Shown here one piece after another: positions 42,088 to 51,498 of a DNA stretch of 58,868 nucleotides (positions within the stretch are counted from its first letter, which is position 1; each line of letters opens with the position of its first letter). The stretch spans positions 1 through 58,868 of the IMG/VR virus record IMGVR_UViG_3300020438_000040; one strand, 5' to 3'. The notes under the pieces were generated by a model, which worked only from the letters and a program-made list of their open reading frames with translations, ran no database searches and had not been told where the DNA came from. Both the position numbers and the translations under genes were made by a program. The DNA is from a virus (Duplodnaviria; Caudoviricetes).

Positions 42088-45000
42088 ATGAACAAAATTG
42101 ACTTTGTTGGGCTGCACGCTCATTCTGGGGTTGGATCCCCTTTCGATGGATTTGGATATCCACAAGACCACATGGACTACGCTTTCGAGAATGGAAGTAG
42201 AGCCCTTGCATTAACAGATCATGGTAACATGAATGGTCTGGCTTACCAAGTACTTCACGCTAAACGCATGAAAAAAGCAGGAAAAGACTTTAAACCCATC
42301 TTTGGGGTTGAAGCATACTTTATCGAGTCTGTCGCTGACTGGAAGATCAAACTCGAAGAACATCGCGCAGACAAAGTTAAGTCTAAAAACATCGACAACG
42401 CTCGCTCCGGAACAACCGTTGAGAACGAAGCAGAGTCTAAGTCTGCCTCTAAATCAGAACTAAATCGCAAGAGGCACATTGTTCTACTTGCTATGAACCA
42501 GACTGGCTTGAACAACATCTTTAAGTTGGTATCGGCTTCTTATCACGGCGACAACTTCTATCGGAAGCCGCGTATTGACTTTGATTTGCTACAGAAGCAT
42601 AATGAGGGTATCATCGCCGCATCCGCATGTCTTGGTGGTATTTATGCCGGTTGTTACTGGGAAAACCGCGAAGAAGGTTCCGAGTCTGTGCTGGAGTGTA
42701 TGAGAGATATGACTCGCAATATGCTGGGCATCTTTGGTGATCGATGGTATGGTGAGTTACAATGGAATGCAATTCCAGAACAACATGAATTAAACAACTA
42801 TGTTATCCAGATGCACAAAGAATTCGGTATCCCTTTGATATCAACTTGTGATTCTCATTACCCAACCCCTGACGCTTGGAATGATAGAGAACTATATAAG
42901 AAAATAGGCTGGCTCGGTAAAGGTAAGCCAGAGTGGATGTCTGATGAACTACCTGATAGTGTTGATGAGATCGGTTACGAATTGTACCCAAAGAACGGCG
43001 AACAAATGTGGGCCGATTATAAAAGGTATTGTGTTGATTTACCTTCCAACATTCAGTATGATGATGATATTGTCCGTCAATCTTTGTTGGAGACGGTCCA
43101 CATTGCTTTTGAAAGGGTTGAGGACTTTCTCCCTGATAACACTGTGCGTTTGCCTGATTTTGTCGTACCTGCTGGCCATCACCCTGCAGAATACTTGGCT
43201 CAATTATCCTTCGAGGGCTTATTTAAAGTTTTGGCATCGAATTCTATCGAACGAGGGTCGACCAATTGGGTGGAATACACGTCACGCCTCAAGCATGAAT
43301 TGGAAGTCATATCAGACCGAGGATTCTCAAAATATTTCTTGACTATGAAGTCAATTGTGGATAAAACAAATGAAGTACAACTCGCCGGACCCGGAAGAGG
43401 ATCAGCAGCAGGCTCGCTGGTCGCTTATGCACTGGGCATTACACAAGTGGATCCTATTAAGTATGGCCTCCTTTTTTCTCGTTTCCTCAGAGCGGACGCC
43501 ACGGATTATCCTGATATTGATTACGATGTGTCTGATCCTATGGTACTCAAAGAAATACTTATTGACGAATGGGGCTCCAATACTGTAGTTCCAATCTCTA
43601 ACTTCAATACATTACAATTGAAGTCTTTGATTAAAGATATCTCAAAGTTCTATGATATCCCATTCACCGAAGTTAACAAGGTTACAAACACTATGCTTAA
43701 GGAAGCAACTCCTCTAGCTAAGAAGAAGCACGGTATTCGTGCTGGTGTTTACGCTCCTACCTTTGAAGAGGTCTGTGAGTTTTCTGAGACTCTACAAAAG
43801 TTCTTTATGCAACACCCAAAAGTGAAGTCTCACGTAGAAGGTCTTATGGGGCAAGTACGCTCTACATCTCGTCATGCCGGCGGTGTGGTAATTGGAGCAG
43901 ATCTAGATAAGTATATGCCTCTTATTGCCTCCAAAGGCGTAAGACAGACTCCTTGGTCTGAAGGACAGAACGTTCGGCAACTCGAGCCAATGGGTTTCAT
44001 TAAGTTCGATATTCTCGGTCTTGCGACTCTTCGTATGATGGAGGAAGCTATCGAGCGAATTCTTCAAAATCATCATGGCGTTGAGAATCCAACGTTTGAA
44101 GATATCAAGAAGTATTATGATGAAAATCTTCATCCGGATGTAATTAATTTGGATGATCAAGAAGTTTATAAGAATATATTCCAATCCGGCAAATGGATGG
44201 GTATCTTCCAATTCACGGAGAAAGGTGCGCAGAATCTTGCAAAGAGGGCGCAACCGAAGTCGATTATTGATATCTCTGCGATTACTTCTATTTATCGTCC
44301 CGGCCCTTTGTCTGCTGGTGTGGACAAATCGTATGTTAAGGCTGTTAGAGACCCTCTGAGTATAAAGTATGAAAACGAAATCGTCGAAGAACTCACAAGA
44401 GAAACAAGAGGATTCCTTATATTTCAAGAGCAGATCGCTCTTCTTGCGAACCGGCTTGGCAAAGGGATTAGCCTTGATGATGCTAATTTATTACGCAAAC
44501 TGTTAACAAAGAAAGGTCTCGATGCTTCAAAGCAAGCAAAGAAAGAAGAGATTATGACCAAGTTTGTCGCTGGTTGTATCGAGAAGAAGATATCTCGAGA
44601 CACAGCAATGGATATGTGGCAGAAGTTTGAATACTTCTCTGGCTATGGTTTTAACAAGTCTCACGCTGTTGCCTACTCAATCATATCTTATCAGACCGCT
44701 TGGTTGGCTACATACTACAATGCTGAATGGGCTTGTGCGTTCTTGGACAAAGAACCGGAGTCTCGTAAAGAAGCAGCAATTAATATCGCTAAGTCTTGGG
44801 GATATAACATCAAGCCCCTAAATATCAACACATCTGGCCGTAAATGGTCTGCTATTGAAGGCAGCACCCTCGTTGCCCCTCTAACAACAATCAAAGGTCT
44901 TGGCGATGCAGCCATTGATGAGATCCTCGAGAAGCGTCCATTTACGTCCGTAGAGCATCTTCTGTTTGACGGTGGGGTGGTAGCAAGGAAACTTAACAAG

Positions 45001-45543
45001 AAGTCCTTAGATGCCCTTTGTAGAGCCTCTGCAATGAATGATTTGATTGATGATAGGTTCTATGGGGACAAACATTTCTGGTCTGCTGTTGTTGTTGATA
45101 AACCAAAGAACAAAAAGAAGCTAAACGAGAATGTTGAGACATACAAGCAAGAAGGTTCTTTCTCTACAGCAGAGAGAATCCAGAACACCCAGACTCTTAC
45201 CGGCATCTATCCGATAAGTATGGTAATTACTGAACGTGCTGAGAAGATCATTGAACAGTGGTGCTTGCCGCCAATATCCGAATATGATGCTGACCTTGGC
45301 GCCTCTTGGTGTATTCCAACCAGAATTACAACTAAAAAATCAAAGAACGGTAAGTGGTTTCACACAATTGATGTAATTGATTCAAACTCTGTATCAACTA
45401 AGATTCGCTGCTGGGGCATCGACCCGGCAAAAGACATTATTTATCTGAACAAGCCTTATGTCTTGAAGCAACCAAAGTACAATGAGACTTGGGGATTCTC
45501 GACATACGGGAGAGTAGACAAAAAGTGGATGTTGATTGCTTGA
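42088..45543 (+). CDS. dnaE: DNA polymerase III alpha subunit (family C)
   Basis: PHP domain (LHAHS, ALTDHG, GVEAY, CDSHY), GPGRGSAAGSLV, PDIDYD, RHAGGVV, KFDILGL, YRPGP, FQEQ, YGFNKSHA, IKGLG. Confidence 0.97.
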   Translation: MNKIDFVGLHAHSGVGSPFDGFGYPQDHMDYAFENGSRALALTDHGNMNGLAYQVLHAKRMKKAGKDFKPIFGVEAYFIESVADWKIKLEEHRADKVKSKNIDNARSGTTVENEAESKSASKSELNRKRHIVLLAMNQTGLNNIFKLVSASYHGDNFYRKPRIDFDLLQKHNEGIIAASACLGGIYAGCYWENREEGSESVLECMRDMTRNMLGIFGDRWYGELQWNAIPEQHELNNYVIQMHKEFGIPLISTCDSHYPTPDAWNDRELYKKIGWLGKGKPEWMSDELPDSVDEIGYELYPKNGEQMWADYKRYCVDLPSNIQYDDDIVRQSLLETVHIAFERVEDFLPDNTVRLPDFVVPAGHHPAEYLAQLSFEGLFKVLASNSIERGSTNWVEYTSRLKHELEVISDRGFSKYFLTMKSIVDKTNEVQLAGPGRGSAAGSLVAYALGITQVDPIKYGLLFSRFLRADATDYPDIDYDVSDPMVLKEILIDEWGSNTVVPISNFNTLQLKSLIKDISKFYDIPFTEVNKVTNTMLKEATPLAKKKHGIRAGVYAPTFEEVCEFSETLQKFFMQHPKVKSHVEGLMGQVRSTSRHAGGVVIGADLDKYMPLIASKGVRQTPWSEGQNVRQLEPMGFIKFDILGLATLRMMEEAIERILQNHHGVENPTFEDIKKYYDENLHPDVINLDDQEVYKNIFQSGKWMGIFQFTEKGAQNLAKRAQPKSIIDISAITSIYRPGPLSAGVDKSYVKAVRDPLSIKYENEIVEELTRETRGFLIFQEQIALLANRLGKGISLDDANLLRKLLTKKGLDASKQAKKEEIMTKFVAGCIEKKISRDTAMDMWQKFEYFSGYGFNKSHAVAYSIISYQTAWLATYYNAEWACAFLDKEPESRKEAAINIAKSWGYNIKPLNINTSGRKWSAIEGSTLVAPLTTIKGLGDAAIDEILEKRPFTSVEHLLFDGGVVARKLNKKSLDALCRASAMNDLIDDRFYGDKHFWSAVVVDKPKNKKKLNENVETYKQEGSFSTAERIQNTQTLTGIYPISMVITERAEKIIEQWCLPPISEYDADLGASWCIPTRITTKKSKNGKWFHTIDVIDSNSVSTKIRCWGIDPAKDIIYLNKPYVLKQPKYNETWGFSTYGRVDKKWMLIA

Positions 45544-45568
45544 CAATCCATCCACAACATGTTATATT
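45540..45568 (+). promoter_or_regulatory. Sigma70-type early promoter
   Basis: TTGACA-N17-TATATT. Confidence 0.85.
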
Positions 45569-45587
45569 ATATAATATTGGAGGACAA

Positions 45588-46583
45588 ATGAACATTATAA
45601 GAACCGGTGACTCGAGAGAGTTACTTAAACAACTTGAATCAAAATCGGTCAATGCTGTATACTTTGACCCACCTTTCAACTCGAATCGTAATTATCGCCT
45701 AACAAGCGATAAGAACAGTTTGGGCTTTGATGATGTGTTCGTCGATGATGATGAATATACATCATTGATCGATCCAATGCTTGAAGAGTGCTCTAGGGTC
45801 CTGACGAAGGACGGGTCACTGTTCTTTCATATCTCGGCAGATCAAATGCTTATACCGCATATGCTTTGCTCGAGACACTTTAAGAACGTACAGCCAATCT
45901 TCTGGCAGCGTTCAAGATCAAAGAACAATACCAAGACTAAATTAGGCGCATGCACTGATATCATCTTCTGGTGTTCAAATGTAAAGAAGCCAAAGTTCAA
46001 TATGGTCTATCAGCCTCTTGACGAGTATTACGCTGAGAATTCATATAAAAATAAAGACTCAAGGGGCAACTATGCCTTTGGACACATCTGCTATACGAAA
46101 ACCCAAGCACCAGACCCAGAGAAGAGGCCCGATAGATATTTCACTCTAACACACGACGGGGTTGATTACAAGCCTCAGTATGGCTGGAGATTGTCTCAGG
46201 AAGCCCTTCACGATCTGATCTCTGATGATCGTATACATTTTCCTTCTAAGGCTGGTGCAAAGCCATATAAGAAGATCTATAAGCACGAATCAAAGGGCAA
46301 ACCGGCTACTGACTACTGGGATGATATCCACTCAATTGCTCAAGGCGGCGAAGAGCGAGTGTATCCAACTCAAAAGCCTGTCGCCTTGCTTAGAAGAATA
46401 ATTGAAATGTCCACCGATGAAGGTGATGTGGTGTTGGATCCTGTAGCAGGATCAGGTACAACAGGCGTGGCTGCTTCACAACTCGGCAGAAATTATATTT
46501 TATTTGATATTTCCGAAGAGGCGGTTGAGGTTTGCAAGAGACGAATAAAAAGTGAAGGAAAAAACTTGACAACCAATCAATAA
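45588..46583 (+). CDS. DNA methyltransferase (N6-A/N4-C, beta class)
   Basis: GDS..LL, YFDPPF, YPTQKP, VVLDPVAGSGTT. ATG 45588 with GGAGGAC RBS. Confidence 0.92.
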   Translation: MNIIRTGDSRELLKQLESKSVNAVYFDPPFNSNRNYRLTSDKNSLGFDDVFVDDDEYTSLIDPMLEECSRVLTKDGSLFFHISADQMLIPHMLCSRHFKNVQPIFWQRSRSKNNTKTKLGACTDIIFWCSNVKKPKFNMVYQPLDEYYAENSYKNKDSRGNYAFGHICYTKTQAPDPEKRPDRYFTLTHDGVDYKPQYGWRLSQEALHDLISDDRIHFPSKAGAKPYKKIYKHESKGKPATDYWDDIHSIAQGGEERVYPTQKPVALLRRIIEMSTDEGDVVLDPVAGSGTTGVAASQLGRNYILFDISEEAVEVCKRRIKSEGKNLTTNQ

Positions 46584-46594
46584 CCAGTTATATT
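46566..46594 (+). promoter_or_regulatory. Sigma70-type early promoter
   Basis: TTGACA-N17-TATATT. Confidence 0.85.
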
Positions 46595-46623
46595 ATATAC
46601 ATAATCAAGTCAAGGAGGACAAC

Positions 46624-47415
46624 ATGGCTTTTAGAACTGACGGATCATCACACGTTGATGGAATAAAGAACGAAAAACAACAAATCAAATACTTGCAAGC
46701 CGGTGCCGCTCACAGTGTAGTGACGGGGCTTTCCGAAAACTTCCAAGTGGTTCCCAAAGGCGGAACACAGTTCAAAGAAGACTTTCAGATAGTGGACGGA
46801 GATACAATAATAAAAGTATCTGCAAAGCGCAAGAAGAAGATGTCGACAGGATCATATGATTACGTCAATTCTTCTTCGGTAATGTCTGAGATAACAAGCC
46901 TAAGCCATGTTTCCTCCTTTGTGAAGGGACTGAAGAAAGCGGCTCAATCGAAGAGCACGACTAGAAGCAAGTTCAATAAAGAAAGTAATCGGGTATTACG
47001 ATCTCTTTCGGCTTCCGATATATCAAACATATTGATAGACCACGTAGCCAAGAAGAGCAAGGGGATTCAAATGATGATAACCGACTCTACGGCTAGCACT
47101 AATTATTGGTATAAGTTTGAAGAGTCCCAGATGTACAAGGACGTTGTGCGACTCCTCGATGACGATTATGAATATAAACCAGAATTGGTATTTGGCCGAG
47201 GAAAGACCTCAGCAAAAATCATATTCAAAAATGAGGATGGAGATAAAATCGACCACAACCTTAGAGTAAGGTTAGTGTTGAACAACGGTGTTGGCGCACT
47301 TCTCGGACTTAGCAAGTCGAACAAGACATCTATGGCCACTATCAAGATCCAGCAAGATCGCTGCGATAAGATGATGGACAGGCTACAAAAGCAAAACATA
47401 GTAACAGTATTTTAG
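46624..47415 (+). CDS. Putative type II restriction endonuclease (PD-(D/E)XK)
   Basis: G..NE, GGTQFKED.....VSAK catalytic-like pattern; directly after an MTase. Confidence 0.6.
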   Translation: MAFRTDGSSHVDGIKNEKQQIKYLQAGAAHSVVTGLSENFQVVPKGGTQFKEDFQIVDGDTIIKVSAKRKKKMSTGSYDYVNSSSVMSEITSLSHVSSFVKGLKKAAQSKSTTRSKFNKESNRVLRSLSASDISNILIDHVAKKSKGIQMMITDSTASTNYWYKFEESQMYKDVVRLLDDDYEYKPELVFGRGKTSAKIIFKNEDGDKIDHNLRVRLVLNNGVGALLGLSKSNKTSMATIKIQQDRCDKMMDRLQKQNIVTVF

Positions 47416-47423
47416 GAGAAAAA

Positions 47424-47555
47424 ATGAATCATTTAACAAATTGCCATGGCGAATGGAATATATTATTCGCATTTGCCTCATCAATGCCCGTTATGGGCTT
47501 ATACATTAGATCAAAATTCGGAGGGTGCAATGAGCAGATTTATCAGGGCGATTGA
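47424..47555 (+). CDS. 43-aa hypothetical protein (MNHLTNCHGEWNILFAFASSMPVMGLYIRSKF...)
   Basis: AGGAG RBS; hydrophobic core. Not in the ORF track. Confidence 0.55.
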   Translation: MNHLTNCHGEWNILFAFASSMPVMGLYIRSKFGGCNEQIYQGD

Positions 47556-47742
47556 GATCGATGGAACGGACATATATTTTAGTCCCAACCAAGTTACACA
47601 TATTTGTCGGTCAACCAATGGAGACGTTATGATCGTATTGTCTTGCGGTAGACATTTGAGGACAAAATTCACCGATTGCTCGCACGCAATCGACTTTATT
47701 CAAAGAGCAGAAACTTATATACACAAGGAGAACAACAGATGA
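47530..47742 (+). CDS. Small hypothetical protein (FlbD-like pattern)
   Basis: GGAGG RBS, ATG 47530; IYFSPNQVTHI.....IVLSCG. Confidence 0.5.
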   Translation: MSRFIRAIEIDGTDIYFSPNQVTHICRSTNGDVMIVLSCGRHLRTKFTDCSHAIDFIQRAETYIHKENNR

Positions 47743-48038
47743 CTAAGTTTGAAGTAATTACTAACGACACGATTGCTATCGTAGAAGAATACGAAGAAGC
47801 GTGTTTTAAAACAAAAGAACAACATATGGCTGATTATATAAAATCCGTGAAAGCACTAGAGGATGCAATGGAGCCATATAAAGAACAAAAACGTGAACTC
47901 AAGGCAGACTATGTCGATGCCGGGTGGTTAACAAAAGAAGATATCTCTCTATCTGTTCGTGCTTATAGGTTACTTAAGAACGAAGTTGATATGGAAGCAC
48001 TACTTGATATTTATGAAAGCTTAAGGAAGGAGAAGTAA
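47739..48038 (+). CDS. Putative dsDNA-binding protein (T4 DsbA/GapR-like coiled coil)
   Basis: YIKSVKALEDAMEPYKEQKRELKADY...DI...VRAYRL. AAGGAG RBS. Confidence 0.45.
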   Translation: MTKFEVITNDTIAIVEEYEEACFKTKEQHMADYIKSVKALEDAMEPYKEQKRELKADYVDAGWLTKEDISLSVRAYRLLKNEVDMEALLDIYESLRKEK

Positions 48039-48253
48039 TGGACTGGATTTCTAAAGGATTAATTGCGGCCTTCTGGCAGGTCTTAGCGTTTTTAGTGCTA
48101 CTAATTTTAGTAGCTGGTGGGCTATGGAGTTGTGCTTATCTTGGAATAAATCCCGGGTATGGTATTTTAGCATTTTATGTTAGCGTTATTTTGTTCGTTA
48201 ACCTGTACCTATCTTGGAGCAAATCCAAAAAGTCAACAACTTCGGAAGAATAA
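48038..48253 (+). CDS. Two-TM membrane protein
   Basis: Two hydrophobic helices; AAGGAG RBS. Confidence 0.6.
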   Translation: MDWISKGLIAAFWQVLAFLVLLILVAGGLWSCAYLGINPGYGILAFYVSVILFVNLYLSWSKSKKSTTSEE

Positions 48254-48513
48254 TGAACAGAGCACAAAGAAGAGCAAAAGCGAAGCAGGAAAAAAAAGGT
48301 AACAAACAATCCAAGACGCTCGAAAATAAAGTTGGTATGTTTGACCTTCTTCCTGATCGCTGCTCCTCTTGCGCCGAACCATACGACAAAAAAAATCGCA
48401 AAATGGTGATGTCTTGGAACGTTGTTGTGAGAGAAAAAGAAAAAATTGTAAGATTATATTGCCCAACGTGTTGGAATACTGCTAAGCAAGTAATTAGTAA
48501 TAACAGGGGTTGA
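48253..48513 (+). CDS. Small Zn-ribbon protein
   Basis: MNRAQRR start; CSSC...YCPTCW. Confidence 0.65.
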   Translation: MNRAQRRAKAKQEKKGNKQSKTLENKVGMFDLLPDRCSSCAEPYDKKNRKMVMSWNVVVREKEKIVRLYCPTCWNTAKQVISNNRG

Positions 48514-48517
48514 TGGT

Positions 48518-48850
48518 ATGCCGAACAAGTACGCAAAGGACACTAAGAAATTTACGTTTTATGCGAAAGACTCTCTACATGCGGAGTTTAAAATAAGAAT
48601 GCAGCACCATAGTATGACCCAATCAGAATTTCTTCGAGCCTGTGTTGAGGCCGCAGTTAATAAAGATCCTATGATGGACCTATTTATACAACACTATAAG
48701 GAAGAAAACAATAAGCAATCAAAAGCACAAAGAAAAAAAATGTCGAAAGAGATGGACAAATCTCAAGATATATTAAATGACTTTGGCCTTGCCGATGGAG
48801 ACATTGATAATATCTTCGATATAATAGCAGAAGAACACCCAGAAATTTAA
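48518..48850 (+). CDS. Ribbon-helix-helix-like DNA-binding protein
   Basis: KKFTFY-(helix)LHAEFKIRM-(helix)TQSEFLRACV. Confidence 0.55.
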   Translation: MPNKYAKDTKKFTFYAKDSLHAEFKIRMQHHSMTQSEFLRACVEAAVNKDPMMDLFIQHYKEENNKQSKAQRKKMSKEMDKSQDILNDFGLADGDIDNIFDIIAEEHPEI

Positions 48851-48919
48851 TATTTTGGGTATTTTTCTGTTTAAACAGTCTATTTAGTTTTGAAATAAAG
48901 TCTTAAGGAGAGAATTACC

Positions 48920-49465
48920 ATGGCTAAAAAATTATTAAGTGAAGCACAAATGCGAAGATTCGCTAAGCTTGCAAACCTTTCACCTATTAGTGAAATGTAC
49001 CACAAGCGTGATGAAGAAGAGGTTAATGAAGAAGTTAGCGAAGAGGTAGTTCAAGAAGAGGCTGAAGTTACTGAAGGCATGCACGAAGATGAAATGGAAA
49101 TGCCTGCTGAAGAACCAGAGATGGAAATGCCTGCTGAAGAACCAGAGATGGAAGAAGCTGGCGAGGAAATGGAGCTTACAGATGAAGAAGCACAAGCAAT
49201 TATTGACCTTGCTGATAAACTTCGTGCTGCAATGTCCCCAGAAGAGCCAGAAATGGAAGCAGAACCAGAAATGGAAGCAGAACCAGAAATGGAAGAGCCA
49301 ATGATGGAAGCCGAAAAAGAAATAGCTGAAGCTCTTAGTGGTATCAAGTACATCCCTGAACAAAAAGATATTGTTGAAGAAGTTGCTCGCCGAGTTGCTA
49401 AGCGTCTTTTGAAAGCAAAGAAAGCGAACGAAGCACTAGCAGAAGCTCTTTCAACAAAAAAATAA
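48920..49465 (+). CDS. Highly acidic repeat protein (probable scaffold/internal head protein)
   Basis: LLSEAQMRRFAKLA N-terminus, EPEME repeats, IVEEVARRV C-terminus. CTATTTA at 48880. Confidence 0.65.
   Translation: MAKKLLSEAQMRRFAKLANLSPISEMYHKRDEEEVNEEVSEEVVQEEAEVTEGMHEDEMEMPAEEPEMEMPAEEPEMEEAGEEMELTDEEAQAIIDLADKLRAAMSPEEPEMEAEPEMEAEPEMEEPMMEAEKEIAEALSGIKYIPEQKDIVEEVARRVAKRLLKAKKANEALAEALSTKK
49090..49310 (+). repeat. Coding tandem repeats (27-nt EMPAEEPEM x2; 18-nt EPEMEA x2-3)
   Basis: GAAATGCCTGCTGAAGAACCAGAGATG twice; GAACCAGAAATGGAAGCA units. Confidence 0.85.
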
Positions 49466-49466
49466 T

Positions 49467-49495
49467 TTGACTAACACAACCCATCGTGTTATATT
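49467..49495 (+). promoter_or_regulatory. Sigma70-type promoter
   Basis: TTGACT-N17-TATATT. Confidence 0.7.
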
Positions 49496-49497
49496 AG

Positions 49498-49525
49498 AAG
49501 GAGAGGTTAACCCTCTCCTTTTTTA
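49498..49525 (+). terminator. Rho-independent terminator
   Basis: AAGGAGAGG-ttaac-CCTCTCCTT followed by TTTT. Confidence 0.7.
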
Positions 49526-49540
49526 TTTATTGGAGGAAAG

Positions 49541-49921
49541 ATGATAGAAAATATAAGTTGGTTTATTATTGGAATGGTCGTGTCTCAACTATTTAAATAT
49601 GTTATGAGTTTAGGTTTGTCCGTCCGCATTTTAAAACAAACACAAAAGAGTTGCGCTGCTCTCTTTGTACTAAGTGAACAAGGCTTGCAACAAGTTTTAG
49701 AACTTAAATATATTGAAATGAAAGAAGCAAAAAAATCTGAACAGAACATAATCGCCCAGAGACACATCGATCAAGTGAATTTGGATAGCATCAAAGGCTC
49801 AATAATGAGAAACTATGTTAGCACATTTCCGCAATCGTATGCTCATATTATGGACTACACCAGCTGGAAAGAACTGGAGAATTTTGTAATTAAAGAAACC
49901 AATAAAGGAGATGCAGAATGA
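49541..49921 (+). CDS. Membrane-anchored hypothetical protein
   Basis: N-terminal hydrophobic helix; GGAGG RBS. Confidence 0.6.
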   Translation: MIENISWFIIGMVVSQLFKYVMSLGLSVRILKQTQKSCAALFVLSEQGLQQVLELKYIEMKEAKKSEQNIIAQRHIDQVNLDSIKGSIMRNYVSTFPQSYAHIMDYTSWKELENFVIKETNKGDAE

Positions 49922-50598
49922 ACAAGATAAGTAAAAAAGACAGAAAGAAAAAATCCACCAAAAAGAAAGAGGAAGAGCAAGAAACATCAGAAGAGGTCTC
50001 ACAAGTAGATCAAGTAGATCCAGTGTCTGCCTTGCTAGATCAGTTGAGCGGTGGCGAGTCCGAACCCAACCCAGAAGCAAGAAGTATAATGTTTGTTGGA
50101 GATGTAACTGAAGAAAGAGCGGCAGATTTAATTTCGGCACTACTTGTATTAGCCCAATCAAAGAAGAAGGGGCAAGAGAGAGCAGACGATATTAAATTAT
50201 ATATTTCAACCTACGGAGGCTCTGCTGATGAAATGCTTGGTATATATGATGCTATGGAATATTGTAAACAATTTTGTGATATCCAAACAATTGGTATTGG
50301 AAAAGTTATGTCTGCTGGGACTCTTATATTAGCGGCAGGCACTGATGGTAAAAGAAAACTTGGGAAACACGCTCGTATCATGATTCATTCCGTCAATGGT
50401 GGTTCTGTTGGAGAGCTCCATAGTCTCGAGAACGAAATGGAACAGATGAAAAACCTACAAGATATGTATATACAATGTTTATCTAATGAAACAAAAATGA
50501 CGAAAAGACAGATTCAAAAACTAATTAATAGAAAGGTAAATGTTTACCTATCAGCAGAAGAGGCAATCGAAAAAGGACTTGCCGACGAGGTATTATAG
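49918..50598 (+). CDS. clpP: ClpP-family protease subunit
   Basis: RSIMFVGDV, IKLYISTYGGS, GKVMSAGT (catalytic Ser), RIMIH (His), YLSAEEAIEKGLADEV. Confidence 0.9.
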   Translation: MNKISKKDRKKKSTKKKEEEQETSEEVSQVDQVDPVSALLDQLSGGESEPNPEARSIMFVGDVTEERAADLISALLVLAQSKKKGQERADDIKLYISTYGGSADEMLGIYDAMEYCKQFCDIQTIGIGKVMSAGTLILAAGTDGKRKLGKHARIMIHSVNGGSVGELHSLENEMEQMKNLQDMYIQCLSNETKMTKRQIQKLINRKVNVYLSAEEAIEKGLADEVL

Positions 50599-51497
50599 TG
50601 AGTATTGATGATAAAATATTCTACAACGAAGGCTCCGCAGCTAAGTTGGGCTGGACACCCGACTGGTTTGGATGTACCAAGCACGGAGAAAAATTAGTGG
50701 CCGCAATCGAGAAATTCCAAAAGGAATGTAAGGTTACCGCAGACGGCCTATGTGGTCCAACAACATATCGCAGGATATACAACGAACGTTTAGCTAACCT
50801 TGACGACTATGCTCCTCGAGGACACAAAAACAACACTGAGTCTTTCATTATATATAATTCAGATTATATCCCTATTGATTGGCCAAAGGTAAAATTGTTC
50901 TTTGAAGGAGACGGACTTCGCTTACGCAAAGGCTTTAAGAAAATGAAGCACAAGCGTGATCCAAAGTTCTTTGTTTGTCATTGGGACGTATGTTTATCTT
51001 CAGAGAGTTGCCACCGTGTGCTCGAGAAGAGAGGGATATCTGTTCACTTCGCCATCGACAATGACGGGACTATCTATCAATTTATGGATATGAACGATGT
51101 TGCTTGGCATGCCGGAGGAAAGACTTGGAATGATCGTTCCGTTGGCGTTGAGATTGCAAATGCATATTATCCAAAGTATCAATCGTGGTATGAGAAGAGG
51201 GACTTCGGTCCTCGACCGATTATCACAGATGCAACGGTTCACGGCAAAACTTTACCACCGCACACAGGCTTCTATCCAGTTCAGATTGAAGCATTAAAAG
51301 CTCTCATGAAAGCCGTTCATAAATGCACGGGGATACCCCTTCAAGCACCTCTAGATCGTTCTGGGGGCACTAACACTAAAGTGAGTAAGAAGTGCGCTGA
51401 GGGACGCTTTGAAGGCTTTATAAGCCATTATCATTTGACCAAGCGGAAGATCGATTGCGCGGGTTTGGATATAAAAAAATTATTAGAGGATTTATAG
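50598..51497 (+). CDS. Endolysin: peptidoglycan-binding domain plus N-acetylmuramoyl-L-alanine amidase
   Basis: AIEKFQ....TADGLCGPTT (PG-binding); FVCHWD, SVHFAIDNDGTIYQ, AWHAG, NDRSVGVEI, SHYH...KIDC. Confidence 0.9.
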   Translation: MSIDDKIFYNEGSAAKLGWTPDWFGCTKHGEKLVAAIEKFQKECKVTADGLCGPTTYRRIYNERLANLDDYAPRGHKNNTESFIIYNSDYIPIDWPKVKLFFEGDGLRLRKGFKKMKHKRDPKFFVCHWDVCLSSESCHRVLEKRGISVHFAIDNDGTIYQFMDMNDVAWHAGGKTWNDRSVGVEIANAYYPKYQSWYEKRDFGPRPIITDATVHGKTLPPHTGFYPVQIEALKALMKAVHKCTGIPLQAPLDRSGGTNTKVSKKCAEGRFEGFISHYHLTKRKIDCAGLDIKKLLEDL

Positions 51498-51498
51498 G

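Noticed and set aside
49090-49310. Tandem repeats as possible iterons or CRISPR
   Set aside because: Units are multiples of 3 and encode Glu/Pro/Met low-complexity protein.
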